NCBI GenBank assembly: GCA_051003195.1
Contig: JBPCLP010000013.1
Coordinates: 1-64,000 of the forward strand
Reading direction: 5' to 3'
Length of the DNA: 64,000 bases
From: Candidatus Sumerlaeaceae bacterium
GTDB taxonomy: Bacteria; Sumerlaeota; Sumerlaeia; Sumerlaeales; Sumerlaeaceae
Both the position numbers and the translations under genes were made by a program. Position 1 is the first letter of the stretch. Each line of letters starts with the position of its first letter. Shown here piece by piece: positions 1-9,903 of the stretch. The notes below the pieces were generated by a model. That model worked only from the letters and a program-made list of their open reading frames with translations, made no database searches and was not told the origin of the DNA.

Positions 1-201
1 TTTGACCCAAACCACACACCGAAAACTGTGGAAAAAGGCTGTGGGAAAAATCGCGACTATGCACTGGCTGCATAGCATGCCACGCTCGAATAAAAAACCA
101 CGCCATCTCCAAAAGCGCTGCGCGCTACGTACCGCCAACCGCGACCGCGTTGTGCGGTTCAATTTCCCGTTGATCGCGTCATCCGCTCGTCCTGCAGAGT
201 G

Positions 202-900
202 TCAGCGGATCGGGCCGAAATCCGGGCCGATTCCCGGGCCCTGATAATAAATGTCGCCCCAGCTGGTCGTACCGTTCGTCGGGTCATAGCTGGTGCAGGC
301 CGGATGATCCTGGCCAATGACGGTGCCTATCAGGTCGGGGCCCACGCTGCGCATGGCCCACTGCGCGTTCGGCACCCGGCTGATGCGGCGCGTCCACAGC
401 CCGGTGGACTGACCATTGGCATCGGCATCCTCATCACGCCCGTCGGGCAGCGTTCGGCAGCCATAATCAAAAGTGTAAGGCCGCACCAGTGGGTCGGAAA
501 CCTGCGGTTCGCCACTTGGGCGAAAACGGTAGTAGACGGAGAGGCTGTCGCCGCTGGCCGCGACAGGCGGGGCGAAAACATCCTCGGGTGGTGAGCTGAT
601 GTAGGCGACCGGCGTCGACAGCGGTACGAGGCGCGGGAGGAAACAGTAGAGGTTGCGCGATGCGACGAGCGGCGCGTACTGAATGTCGGGGGGGTAGCGG
701 TTCGAGTCGACGCGGTACGCCTCCAGTGCGGTGGCGGTTGAGCGAAGGTCGGCCCTGGCGCGGCTGACCTTCGCGCGGACCTGTGCCTCGAGCAGGTTGG
801 GTATGGCGATCGCCGAAAGAACCGCGATGATAGCCACCACCAGGAGAAGCTCAATCAGCGTAAACGCGCGCGCGGCCCGTGGTATAACATCGAACACCAT
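202..900 (-). CDS. prepilin-type N-terminal cleavage/methylation domain protein (PulG/GspG-like pseudopilin)
   Basis: RAARA|FTLIELLLVVAIIAVLSAIAIPN class III signal with E5, then EAQVRAKVSRARADLRS..ALEAYRVD and C-terminal YDPTNGT. Confidence 0.9.
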   Translation of the reverse strand: MVFDVIPRAARAFTLIELLLVVAIIAVLSAIAIPNLLEAQVRAKVSRARADLRSTATALEAYRVDSNRYPPDIQYAPLVASRNLYCFLPRLVPLSTPVAYISSPPEDVFAPPVAASGDSLSVYYRFRPSGEPQVSDPLVRPYTFDYGCRTLPDGRDEDADANGQSTGLWTRRISRVPNAQWAMRSVGPDLIGTVIGQDHPACTSYDPTNGTTSWGDIYYQGPGIGPDFGPIR

Positions 901-1037
901 TGCACCTGAAGAGGAGCCGGAAAATTTCGACTCTGTAAATTGTTTTTCTGACGAAGTTCTGGGAAGTTCTGGGGACAGGCACGAAATACGTTTAGTGGTT
1001 TGTTCGACTGGGCGTCATCTGCGCGCTTCGCGCGTTT

Positions 1038-1069
1038 CCAAAGCGGCGGCAAGCCGCGCGCACTCCAAA
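1038..1069. repeat. REP-like palindrome
   Basis: CCAAAGCGGCGGCAAGCCGCGCGCACTCCAAA: GC hairpin plus CACTCCAAA tail, resembles RAYT-associated REP types; single copy in window. Confidence 0.5.
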
Positions 1070-1138
1070 TTAGATTGTCTGAAAGGTTCATGCGGGAATA
1101 GTAATTCCAAAACGACCTGTGCTAACCCAGTGGGCATC

Positions 1139-1996
1139 ATGATAAACAAGACCGATGGTCATCGCTCCAAAGTGTTGTGTTTAGCCGCACTGGCCGTAAT
1201 GTCGACACGGCTCGCCTCGGCACACCCCGAGCTCATCCAGCAGATCGATGCGCTGACGACGGAGATCGTGCAGCAGCCGACCAGTGGTGTGCTGTACCTG
1301 CGGCGTGGCGAATTGCATCGGCTGCACCGGGACTGGCCAAGTGCACAGATGGATTACGAAAAGGCCTCCAGTACCGGCGCTGACCCTGCCGGGGTGCGCC
1401 TGGCGCGCGGGCGAATGCTGACCGATGCAGGCGAACTCGACCGCGCCCGGAGTGAACTGGACGCGCTGGCTTCCGAGCACCCGGACCTGTCGGCAGTGCA
1501 CCTGGCGCGCGCCCAGTTGCTCCAGCTGACCACCGATTCGCTGGAATCGGTGGACGCCTGGACATCTGCGATCGAGACGGCATCCGAGCCGCGCCCGGAG
1601 TGGTATTTGTCGCGTGCGGCGCTGTTGTTTGAGGCAGGCAGCACCAGGGTTTCGGCCGCCATTCAAGGGCTCGAAGAAGGCATCGCCCGTCTCGGCCCAG
1701 TTATTTCGCTGCAACTGAAAGCGGTGGAACTGGAGGAGCGCGCCGGACTGACGACGGCGGCCGCGGCACGGCTGGAAAAAATCGCACAGGATGCACCTCG
1801 TCGCGAAAGTTATCTTGTGCAACTGGCGGAGCTTTACGCGCATGCGGCCGAACACACCTCGGCTGCTCTCCACGCCGCACAGGCCGATCGTGCCATCGCC
1901 GCATTACCAGCACGTCTGCAGAGCACCTCCGCGACCATGGCTTTGCGCCACCGGCTTCTGTCCTTGCAAACAAACGCCATGCAAAAGAGTAAATAA
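1139..1996 (+). CDS. secreted tetratricopeptide-repeat protein
   Basis: ATG at 1139 within ORF 731..1996; signal peptide ending ASA|HPE; TPR-like helices (LYLRRGELHR..AQMDYEKA, RLARGRML, WYLSRAALL). Confidence 0.75.
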   Translation: MINKTDGHRSKVLCLAALAVMSTRLASAHPELIQQIDALTTEIVQQPTSGVLYLRRGELHRLHRDWPSAQMDYEKASSTGADPAGVRLARGRMLTDAGELDRARSELDALASEHPDLSAVHLARAQLLQLTTDSLESVDAWTSAIETASEPRPEWYLSRAALLFEAGSTRVSAAIQGLEEGIARLGPVISLQLKAVELEERAGLTTAAAARLEKIAQDAPRRESYLVQLAELYAHAAEHTSAALHAAQADRAIAALPARLQSTSATMALRHRLLSLQTNAMQKSK

Positions 1997-2061
1997 ACCT
2001 CGGTATTGCTCCGATGTGGGCTTTGCCTAGGAACGGAACTATGGACTGCGGGGCCCACTGA

Positions 2062-5000
2062 ATGAACGGTTTTAAAACTGCGGCGCTGTTGCTGCTGGTG
2101 CTCGGCGTATCACCATCGCACGCACTGACCAGCCTCGTTTCACCGGGGGCCAACTGGAAGTACCTGGACAATGGCAGCGACCAGGGCACGGCGTGGCGCA
2201 ATCCGGATTTCGAGGACTCGGCATGGGCCTCGGGTCCCGCTGAGCTGGGCTATGGCGACGGCGGCGAAATCACGACCGTTGGATTTGGATCAGACGCCAA
2301 CAACAAGTACACGACGACCTACTTTCGCCGCACTTTCTTTGCCGCCAATGCCAATGCGATCACAAGCCTTACCTTGAACCTGGTGCGCGATGATGGTGCG
2401 GTGGTGTACCTGAATGGTACCGAGGTTTACCGCAACAATCTGCCGGTGGGCACGATTGGCTATAACACTCCAGCGCTGCAGGCCAGCGCGGGCGCCGATG
2501 AATCCAACTGGTACCAGACCAGCGTCTATACCGCGTTAATGCGCGAAGGCGCCAATCTTCTCGCCGTCGAGATCCACCAGAACGCCGTCAACAGCAGCGA
2601 TATCAGTTTTAAGCTGGAGCTTCTTGCCGATGCCGGCGCGGCGGTGACTCGCGGCCCATACCTCAACTCAGGCACTTCCCAAACGATGGTAATCCGCTGG
2701 CGGACGGACAGTGCTACGGACAGCAGGGTACGGCTTGGAAGTGCAAACTCAGCGCTCACTACGGAGACCGACGTCGCAATCGTAACCACCGAACACGAAG
2801 TGGAGGTGGGAGGGCTGCCACCTGATTCGAAGTTCTATTATAATGTCAGCTCCACTACAAACAACAGCACATCGAATGATGCGAGTCCATTCTTCCACTC
2901 ATCTCCGGCACCCGGAACCGGTAAGCCGACCCGCATCTGGGCGACCGGTGATTTCGGTACCGGCTACACCGGCCAGAAGGATGTGTTCGACGCGTACCGA
3001 AGCACAGTACAAACGACCTACACCAACGTTTGGCTCATGCTGGGCGACAATGCATATAACACTGGAACCGATGCGGAGTACCAGGCCAAAGTATTCGAGA
3101 TTTATCCGGACCTGTTTCGCAAGACTGTGGTCTGGCCCTGTCTTGGAAACCACGATGCGGGCAGTGCAGATTCTCCCACGCAGTCCGGTGTCTATTATAA
3201 CATCTTCACCTTGCCAAAGAGCGCGCAAGCTGGCGGCCGAGCTTCCGGCACCGAAGCGTACTACTCTTTCGATTTCGCCCGCACCCACTTTATCTGCCTG
3301 GATTCCGAGGATACGGTCGCCACAAGCGGCAGCGCGATGTTGACCTGGCTGGCGAACGACCTTGCTGCCACGACGCAGGACTGGATCATTGTATACTTCC
3401 ACCACCCACCCTACACGAAGGGGTCTCACGATTCGGACAATGTAAGCGACAGCCTGGGGAAAATGAAAGCCATGCGCGAGAACGCGCTGCCTGTCATGGA
3501 AGCGTATGGAGTGGATTTGTGTCTCACCGGACATAGCCACTCTTATGAACGCTCGTACCTGCTGAATGGGCATTATGGCCTCTCCACCACGCTACAGCCA
3601 GTGATGAAAGTGGACGCGGGCAGTGGCCGGGAAGACGACACGGGCGCTTACGAGAAACCAGTGCTGGGTACGTCCGCAAACAATGGCTCGGTGTACTCGG
3701 TTGTCGGCAGCTCAGGGCAGATTTCTGGCGGGACACTCAACCACGCGGCGCATTACGTTTCGCTGAATGTCCTCGGGTCCATGATCATCGATATCGATGG
3801 GGACCGGCTTGACGCACAGTTTATCGACGATACTGGTGCCGTGCGCGACTACTTTACAATTACAAAAGGCGCCTTGCCGGTCGTACACAGCGCAACCAAA
3901 CGCACTATGACGCCTGCGCAGGTGACGGTTGCCCCAACCGGCACAACCGCAAACACGAGCGGCACCGTCAGCCTGAATGTCGATGCGAACACGGGCGCAT
4001 TGAGCTACGACATTCGCTGGAGCGACCTCACAGGCACCGTGACTGGTCTGCATCTCCACGGTGCGACCGCGGCTGAGCAGACTACTGGAACGACCTTTGA
4101 CCTGAATCCCGCGATCACGGCCGCCACCGGAAGCGCCAGCGGCAGCATTACGCTTTCAACGTGGCAGGTAACCGACCTGTTAAACGGCTTATGGTATTGC
4201 GACCTTCACACGGCGGCGAACCCAAGTGGCGAACTACGCGGACAATTACTCTTCGATTCGGCTGCGTTTAAGACGGTGGCTTTTACCGGTAATCCTGCAA
4301 CCGACTTCGGCTCGGCATATCGAAAAAGTTCCAGCCGTGCAAACCTGGACTATTACCTGACGTGGGATGAGACGAACCTGTACGCAGGGATACAGGGACC
4401 CGGCACATATGCGCAAACGGAACCCACTGTCCTTTACATCGACACCGATCCGCAGCAGGGTTCACGGCTAAGTACGTCCGGGTCTGCCACGCCGCAGAGC
4501 TACGACGGGCGCCAGCCGCAGCTTCCATTCACTGCCACCGCCGTCGTTTATTTTAAAACCGGCTATGCCGAGCTGCGCAAGAACACGGCGGGGACGTGGG
4601 GAGCAGCGAACGTGCTGACCGCGAACCTCAATACCGCGGTCGCCAACAACATCGAAATTTCGATTCCGTGGAGCCTGCTACCTGGCGGCATTCGCCCGGC
4701 GCGATTTGGTTACTGCATGATGAAGCAGAACGGAGTTGCCGCAGGAACTTCGGCGTATGCGTTCCTTCCGCCCACTGCCACGGCAAGCGATACCATCAGC
4801 AACATCAACACGTCGGGGCTGGCGAAATACATAACGGCGAATGCAATCGCGCCCACCATTCCCGCGGGCGAGACCGTCACCGCGACCTACAATTCCGGGG
4901 CAACTGTCGGCTTTACCAATAGCGGGACTTCAGGTGGCCAGCTTTCCCAGGTACGCTATCTCAGCGGTCCGTCATCTAACTCTTACACCGGTAGCGCACT

Positions 5001-5313
5001 TTCAAACAGCGGGGCAACGATTACTCCTTCGCATGTGGCCAACGACCGCTATTGGACAATCCACTACAGCGGTTCAGGTACTTCCGGGCTAAACTACCAA
5101 CTGAGCCTCGATGCTGCGCAGCTGCCCGGGTCGACGGATCTCGATCGTCTCGTGAATGCAAAGCGTGTCAGCGGCGGCCCATGGGTTCCGCACAACACCA
5201 CCCGCTCCGGTACAATTTTATCAGCCAGCGGTTTCACCAGCTTTTCGGATTTTGCAATCGCGGCGGATGCGGCGCAATTGCCGGTTTCGCTGGGTTCGTT
5301 CAAAATCGACTAG
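2062..5313 (+). CDS. secreted purple-acid-phosphatase-type metallophosphoesterase with FN3-like and CHRD domains
   Basis: Signal peptide; GDFG, GDNAY, GNHD, HHPPY, GHSH motifs; CHRD-like LHLHG..LLNGLWYCDLHTAANPSGELRGQL; ends PVSLGSFKID. Confidence 0.88.
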   Translation: MNGFKTAALLLLVLGVSPSHALTSLVSPGANWKYLDNGSDQGTAWRNPDFEDSAWASGPAELGYGDGGEITTVGFGSDANNKYTTTYFRRTFFAANANAITSLTLNLVRDDGAVVYLNGTEVYRNNLPVGTIGYNTPALQASAGADESNWYQTSVYTALMREGANLLAVEIHQNAVNSSDISFKLELLADAGAAVTRGPYLNSGTSQTMVIRWRTDSATDSRVRLGSANSALTTETDVAIVTTEHEVEVGGLPPDSKFYYNVSSTTNNSTSNDASPFFHSSPAPGTGKPTRIWATGDFGTGYTGQKDVFDAYRSTVQTTYTNVWLMLGDNAYNTGTDAEYQAKVFEIYPDLFRKTVVWPCLGNHDAGSADSPTQSGVYYNIFTLPKSAQAGGRASGTEAYYSFDFARTHFICLDSEDTVATSGSAMLTWLANDLAATTQDWIIVYFHHPPYTKGSHDSDNVSDSLGKMKAMRENALPVMEAYGVDLCLTGHSHSYERSYLLNGHYGLSTTLQPVMKVDAGSGREDDTGAYEKPVLGTSANNGSVYSVVGSSGQISGGTLNHAAHYVSLNVLGSMIIDIDGDRLDAQFIDDTGAVRDYFTITKGALPVVHSATKRTMTPAQVTVAPTGTTANTSGTVSLNVDANTGALSYDIRWSDLTGTVTGLHLHGATAAEQTTGTTFDLNPAITAATGSASGSITLSTWQVTDLLNGLWYCDLHTAANPSGELRGQLLFDSAAFKTVAFTGNPATDFGSAYRKSSSRANLDYYLTWDETNLYAGIQGPGTYAQTEPTVLYIDTDPQQGSRLSTSGSATPQSYDGRQPQLPFTATAVVYFKTGYAELRKNTAGTWGAANVLTANLNTAVANNIEISIPWSLLPGGIRPARFGYCMMKQNGVAAGTSAYAFLPPTATASDTISNINTSGLAKYITANAIAPTIPAGETVTATYNSGATVGFTNSGTSGGQLSQVRYLSGPSSNSYTGSALSNSGATITPSHVANDRYWTIHYSGSGTSGLNYQLSLDAAQLPGSTDLDRLVNAKRVSGGPWVPHNTTRSGTILSASGFTSFSDFAIAADAAQLPVSLGSFKID

Positions 5314-5409
5314 CGGCGGTATACCATTAATTCGTAACCAGTTCTGTGTGCCGTCCGAACGCAAAAGCTTACTGAAATATAGTTATGAACTTCTGGGACG
5401 GCACACTAG
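5310..5409. mobile_element. 96-bp hairpin element (MITE/palindromic-element-like), copy 1
   Basis: CTAG at 5310 and 5406 (96 bp apart); internal stem GTGTGCCGTCC/GGACGGCACAC; similar to 30059..30158. Confidence 0.8.
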
Positions 5410-5417
5410 TGGTAGTG

Positions 5418-6143
5418 CTACTGGATCTTATCCAACTCGCCAGGTTTTAGAAGGGTGACATTTCCGCGACCGGCAATGATCATCCCCCGGTACTCAAGAT
5501 CCGCCAGCGCCTCCGACACCGTCTCGCGCTTCAAGCCTACGATGGACGCCATCTCCTGGTGCGTGAGCCGTACATCCAGTTGCACCTGGTTGCCCTCCTT
5601 GTGTCCATACCGCTCCCCGAGCTCGGCCAGCAATCCGGCTACTTTGCCAAGGCTACTTCGATATAACAGCCGAGCCAGACGGAGCTCCAGTTGCTTTCGA
5701 CGAAGCCCCAGAATTCGTGACACGTTCACCATCAGTGTCGGGCGCCGATGAACGAGGTCGTTAAAATAATCCAGGTCGTACTTAAAAGCTGAACCTTTGC
5801 TGATCGCGACAGCTTCCGATGCCAGCGCAGCCAGGGATCCGGTAGTTCCTTTTGCGGTGTGGTCCTCCACAACTTTCTCCAGCGGACCAAACACGCCGCC
5901 GGGTCCGAGCACGTCCAGGATGATCTCTTTGCCGGTGTCGGTTTGTGAGCGAAGCTTTACCTGTCCGGACCTAAGCAGATAAATCACAGCACATCCGCCT
6001 TCCACTGGAGGCAGCACGTCACCACGCTCGAAGTCCAGCAAGACGGACCGCGAACCAACGCTCTCGTACATCGACTCGCTCTGGTCCTGGAACATTGGCG
6101 TGTTGCGCAGAAACCAGATTCGTGCGTCAGGCGCTTCAGTCAT
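5418..6143 (-). CDS. Crp/Fnr family transcriptional regulator
   Basis: cNMP-binding fold (YLLRSGQVKL..GKEIILDVLGPGGVFG) and HTH LTHQEMASIVGLKRETVSEAL. Confidence 0.92.
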   Translation of the reverse strand: MTEAPDARIWFLRNTPMFQDQSESMYESVGSRSVLLDFERGDVLPPVEGGCAVIYLLRSGQVKLRSQTDTGKEIILDVLGPGGVFGPLEKVVEDHTAKGTTGSLAALASEAVAISKGSAFKYDLDYFNDLVHRRPTLMVNVSRILGLRRKQLELRLARLLYRSSLGKVAGLLAELGERYGHKEGNQVQLDVRLTHQEMASIVGLKRETVSEALADLEYRGMIIAGRGNVTLLKPGELDKIQ

Positions 6144-6280
6144 CTAAGCAATCGCTGCTCTGATCTCATCAGCCGCTGAATTGACGATTCTGCGGTTGGT
6201 CGTCAACCCCCGTATTGGCATCCGCGCGTGATATCGATTTTTCTCGCCAATTGTAGACTGACCAGGGGGTAGCTCAGCTG

Positions 6281-7366
6281 GTGCGGATTCTGGAATATTT
6301 TCGATACCGGGCGCTATCCCGCCGCACGACCCTCCTGATATTGTGCATCTTTCTGGCTGCGGCTGGTGGTACGATGGGAATTCTTTCGTGGATGACCCGG
6401 ATGCCGGGCAAAAGCTTTGCGGGAACGCTGCCGTCCGCAGGTGACGCAGAGCAGAAACTCGCACACGAGCTCGAGCGCGATTTACGCCACCTCGCGGGCG
6501 CAATCGGCGAGCGAAATGTTTCCCGCCGGCCTGCGCAGCTTGAACTGGCGGCGCTTTGGATCGAGCACGAACTCCAATCTGCGGGATGGGAAATCGAGCG
6601 ACAGGAATACGAAGTGCAGGGTGAGCGGGTGCGCAATATCGTGGCGGAACTTGCCGGTACTTCAAGCCCAAAGGAAATTGTCGTGATTGGTGCGCATTAT
6701 GACAGTGTCATCGACTGCCCCGGTGCGAACGACAATGGTACCGGTGTGGTGTCGCTGCTCGCGCTGGCGCGCCGGCTAAATACCGGCAGAACGCACCGGC
6801 GCGATGATGGTACAACCGCAGTGCAAAGGGATGGCGCGGCACGCACACTGCGTCTCGCGTTTTTCGTGAACGAAGAGCCGCCGTGGTTCCAACAGAATGA
6901 AATGGGCAGCCTCGTCTACGCGCGGCGTTGCCATCAGCGCAAAGAGAACGTCATTGCGATGCTCAGCCTGGAAACAATGGGCTATTACACGGATGCAAAG
7001 AACAGCCAGGAATACCCGACACCCATTCTACGAGCGATGTTTCCCACGGTCGGCAACTTTATTGGCTTCGTTGGCAGCTCGCGATCGGCACCACTGGTAC
7101 GCCGCTGCGTGAATCTGTTCCGCAGCTTCACAAAATTTCCGAGCGAGGGCGCCGCGATTCCGGGCGTAATCCCCGGGGTGGCATGGTCGGATCATTGGTC
7201 ATTCCAGATTCACGGCTACCCAGCCCTGATGGTAACCGACACTGCGCCCTTCCGCTATCCCTATTACCACACGCCCGAAGACACGCCGGACAAGGTGGAT
7301 TACGACAAGCTGGCCAGGGTTACTTTAGGGCTGGAGCAGGTTGTGATGGGTCTGATAAACAACTGA
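6281..7366 (+). CDS. M28 family metallopeptidase
   Basis: N-terminal TM; GAHYDS, GANDNGTG, FVNEE, WSDH, YHTPEDT motifs. Confidence 0.9.
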   Translation: MRILEYFRYRALSRRTTLLILCIFLAAAGGTMGILSWMTRMPGKSFAGTLPSAGDAEQKLAHELERDLRHLAGAIGERNVSRRPAQLELAALWIEHELQSAGWEIERQEYEVQGERVRNIVAELAGTSSPKEIVVIGAHYDSVIDCPGANDNGTGVVSLLALARRLNTGRTHRRDDGTTAVQRDGAARTLRLAFFVNEEPPWFQQNEMGSLVYARRCHQRKENVIAMLSLETMGYYTDAKNSQEYPTPILRAMFPTVGNFIGFVGSSRSAPLVRRCVNLFRSFTKFPSEGAAIPGVIPGVAWSDHWSFQIHGYPALMVTDTAPFRYPYYHTPEDTPDKVDYDKLARVTLGLEQVVMGLINN

Positions 7367-7404
7367 GCCGACGTGCCGTGCGATGCAAACTGCAATAGGT
7401 CCGG

Positions 7405-9768
7405 TTACTTGAAATCTACGACGGTCACACCGCCGCCGCCTTCGTCAGTAGTCGCGTACCTATATTTGCCGACAACGGGATGATTTCGCAGGTACTCGTG
7501 AATTGCTTTGCGCAGCGCACCGCTTCCCTGGCCATGCATGAGCTTCGCGCTGCTGAAGCCCGATGCCAGCGCCTGGTCGAAAAACTTATCAATTTTACCG
7601 ATAGCTTCCTCCACGCGATTGCCATGAAGGTCGAGAGTCGACTGTGGCATCTCGGGCCGTCGATAAAAGACATGTCCGCCGGTTGGCTCGCTCTGTGCCT
7701 CCTGCTCGGGTGGTTTCGGCAGACGCTGAAGGTCTGACAATTTCACGGTCGCGAGCACTCGACCTACCGTCACACGCGCCTGGTTGCGGCCGACATCAAC
7801 GCTTTGGATTACGCCCTGTTCCCCGAGCGCTTTCACTCGCACGGTTTCACCAGGTTGAAGAGGCGATGTGTTTTTGCGTGCGCGTTTCTCTTCGGTTGTT
7901 TCCTCACGCACCGCCTCGCTGCGAATGCTTGCCTGCTCCTCCTCCAGTTCGCGTTTCACCTGGAGAAGTTCCTGCTTGCCTGGCAGTTTCGCAATGGTTG
8001 CTTCCACGCGTGCGCGCATTTCGGTGATCGCACGTTCCCTGTCATCCAGCATTTTCTGGCGGAACTTGCGTTTCTCATCACGCAACTGTGCCTCGGCATT
8101 GTTCAGTTCGCGCTGACGATCCTCGAGACCATATCGCAGCCGCTCGGCCGCTTCAAGCTCCTCGGCAAGTCGCTGTTCCTTTTCCTGCAGCGACAGCAGC
8201 AGCGCGGTGGATTCAGCCTCGCCATGCGGACGCAACGCCCGCGCGCGCTCCAGCACTTCGGGCGGCAATCCCACTTGCTCCGCGACCACCAGCGCTTCCG
8301 AAATTCCGATCATGTCCAGCGTCAGGCTGTATGTCGGCCTGTGGTCTCGATCTGATAAGCGGAACGATGCATTACGTCCATGATCATGTGAGTGGGCCCA
8401 TGTTTTCAGCACCCCAAGGTGCGACGAGACAATCGTCAGTGCTCCACGATCCGAGAGTGTCTCTAGAATGGCGACCGCCAACGCGCCGCCTTCGCCAGGA
8501 TCAGTGGCGGTCCCGAGTTCATCGAGCAACACAAGGGATTCGCGGTCACTTGCGCGGATAATCTGCGCGATCCTCTTAATGTGTCCGCTGAAAGTGCTCT
8601 GGCCTTCCAGGATGCTCTGCTCGTCTCCGATGTTCGCAAGCACGTCGCTGAATACGGGCAATCGGCTACGCGAATCCAGCGGCGCCGGCACGCCGGATTG
8701 TACCATGATGCAAGTCAGCCCGATCGTTTTCAGTGCGGTTGTTTTGCCGCCAGCGTTTGGTCCTGTGATCACGAGCACACGATCTACAGCATCCAATCCC
8801 ATATTGAGGGGGCGCGATGCCTCGGGATTCTGCGCGAACAGGAGCGCGTGATGCGCGTTTACCAGGTTAAGCGGTTTGTCCATGCCACTAAGCGTGGGGA
8901 ATGCGCACTTGTGAAGTACGCCGAAGCGGGCCTTCGCCAGCACGAAATCGAATTCGCAAAGCAGGTCCAAATCCGTCAGCAGCGCATTCATTTCGTCGCG
9001 AATATGTCCGGCGATCTTCAGAAGAATGCGGTAAACTTCCTCTCGTTCGCGAAGCCGCAAGTCTGCCAGGCGGTTTGTCTGTTCCAGGATCGCAAAGGGC
9101 TCAATGAACACCGTTTCGCCGGTGTTGGAAGAATCGTGGATAATTCCCGGGACCTTGCCGCGATTGCTGGTTTTTACCGGCAGCACGTAACGGTCGTTGC
9201 GGAGCGTGAAGAAGTCATCCTGCAGATCGCCCGTTTCCGTGAACTCGCGCACCATGCGTGTGAGGTCGCGCTGAATGGATGCTTCGGCCCCTGCAATATC
9301 GGACCGCAGGCGGGAGAGCAGATCGCTTGCGCCGTCACGCACGGTTCCGTTAGGTGCAATCTTTTCATCGATGGAGCGGTGCAGCGCCGGCAGGTTCTGC
9401 AAAGGCATCGCAAGCGCGTGAAGCGCCGGCTGCTCGTTCTGCTGCGGCTCAAAAAAGCGGCGCATCGCGCCGGCTGCCTCGAGGAAATCTTTCAGGTCCA
9501 GCAGTTCCGCCGGCTCCAGGAAGGCACGCTCACGTGCGACTTTAGACAAGTGGGCGGTCACATCGCGAAGCCCCTGCACCGGCGGTTCCCTGTGCGCGGC
9601 GACGAGACCCATCATTTCGCGCACCAGCCCGATTGCGGGAAACAACTGCTCCCGGTCGGCGGTGGGTCGCATGTCATCGATTCGGTTGCGTCCAAGCTGG
9701 CACACCGCGTGCCGGCCCAGAAGCTCACGGATCGCGTGGAACTCCAGCAGTCTCTCGTCGAAAGGCAT
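7405..9768 (-). CDS. mutS2: endonuclease MutS2
   Basis: ITGPNAGGKT Walker A, IGDEQSI, LLDELGTATDP, C-terminal Smr domain LDLHG..HGQGSG. Confidence 0.95.
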   Translation of the reverse strand: MPFDERLLEFHAIRELLGRHAVCQLGRNRIDDMRPTADREQLFPAIGLVREMMGLVAAHREPPVQGLRDVTAHLSKVARERAFLEPAELLDLKDFLEAAGAMRRFFEPQQNEQPALHALAMPLQNLPALHRSIDEKIAPNGTVRDGASDLLSRLRSDIAGAEASIQRDLTRMVREFTETGDLQDDFFTLRNDRYVLPVKTSNRGKVPGIIHDSSNTGETVFIEPFAILEQTNRLADLRLREREEVYRILLKIAGHIRDEMNALLTDLDLLCEFDFVLAKARFGVLHKCAFPTLSGMDKPLNLVNAHHALLFAQNPEASRPLNMGLDAVDRVLVITGPNAGGKTTALKTIGLTCIMVQSGVPAPLDSRSRLPVFSDVLANIGDEQSILEGQSTFSGHIKRIAQIIRASDRESLVLLDELGTATDPGEGGALAVAILETLSDRGALTIVSSHLGVLKTWAHSHDHGRNASFRLSDRDHRPTYSLTLDMIGISEALVVAEQVGLPPEVLERARALRPHGEAESTALLLSLQEKEQRLAEELEAAERLRYGLEDRQRELNNAEAQLRDEKRKFRQKMLDDRERAITEMRARVEATIAKLPGKQELLQVKRELEEEQASIRSEAVREETTEEKRARKNTSPLQPGETVRVKALGEQGVIQSVDVGRNQARVTVGRVLATVKLSDLQRLPKPPEQEAQSEPTGGHVFYRRPEMPQSTLDLHGNRVEEAIGKIDKFFDQALASGFSSAKLMHGQGSGALRKAIHEYLRNHPVVGKYRYATTDEGGGGVTVVDFK

Positions 9769-9903
9769 GCGTAGTGTTATGTGCGCATGAGCAATTCATT
9801 TGCCGCGCCGTGCAGATTGCCGGCGTCGCTTCGCAGAGGATTAAATTAAAAGGCCGGCTTGTGTACGTGCACAAACCGGCTCTCAGTTAGGGGCGGCAAA
9901 GAC

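Noticed and set aside
731..1138. N-terminal extension of the TPR ORF
   Set aside because: Overlaps the pseudopilin gene and repeat DNA; the signal peptide fits a start at 1139.
5310..5409. Integron attC site
   Set aside because: Lacks RYYYAAC..GTTRRRY ends; no integrase or cassette array.
8581..9774. 397-aa plus-strand ORF
   Set aside because: Antisense shadow of mutS2 with no recognisable motifs.
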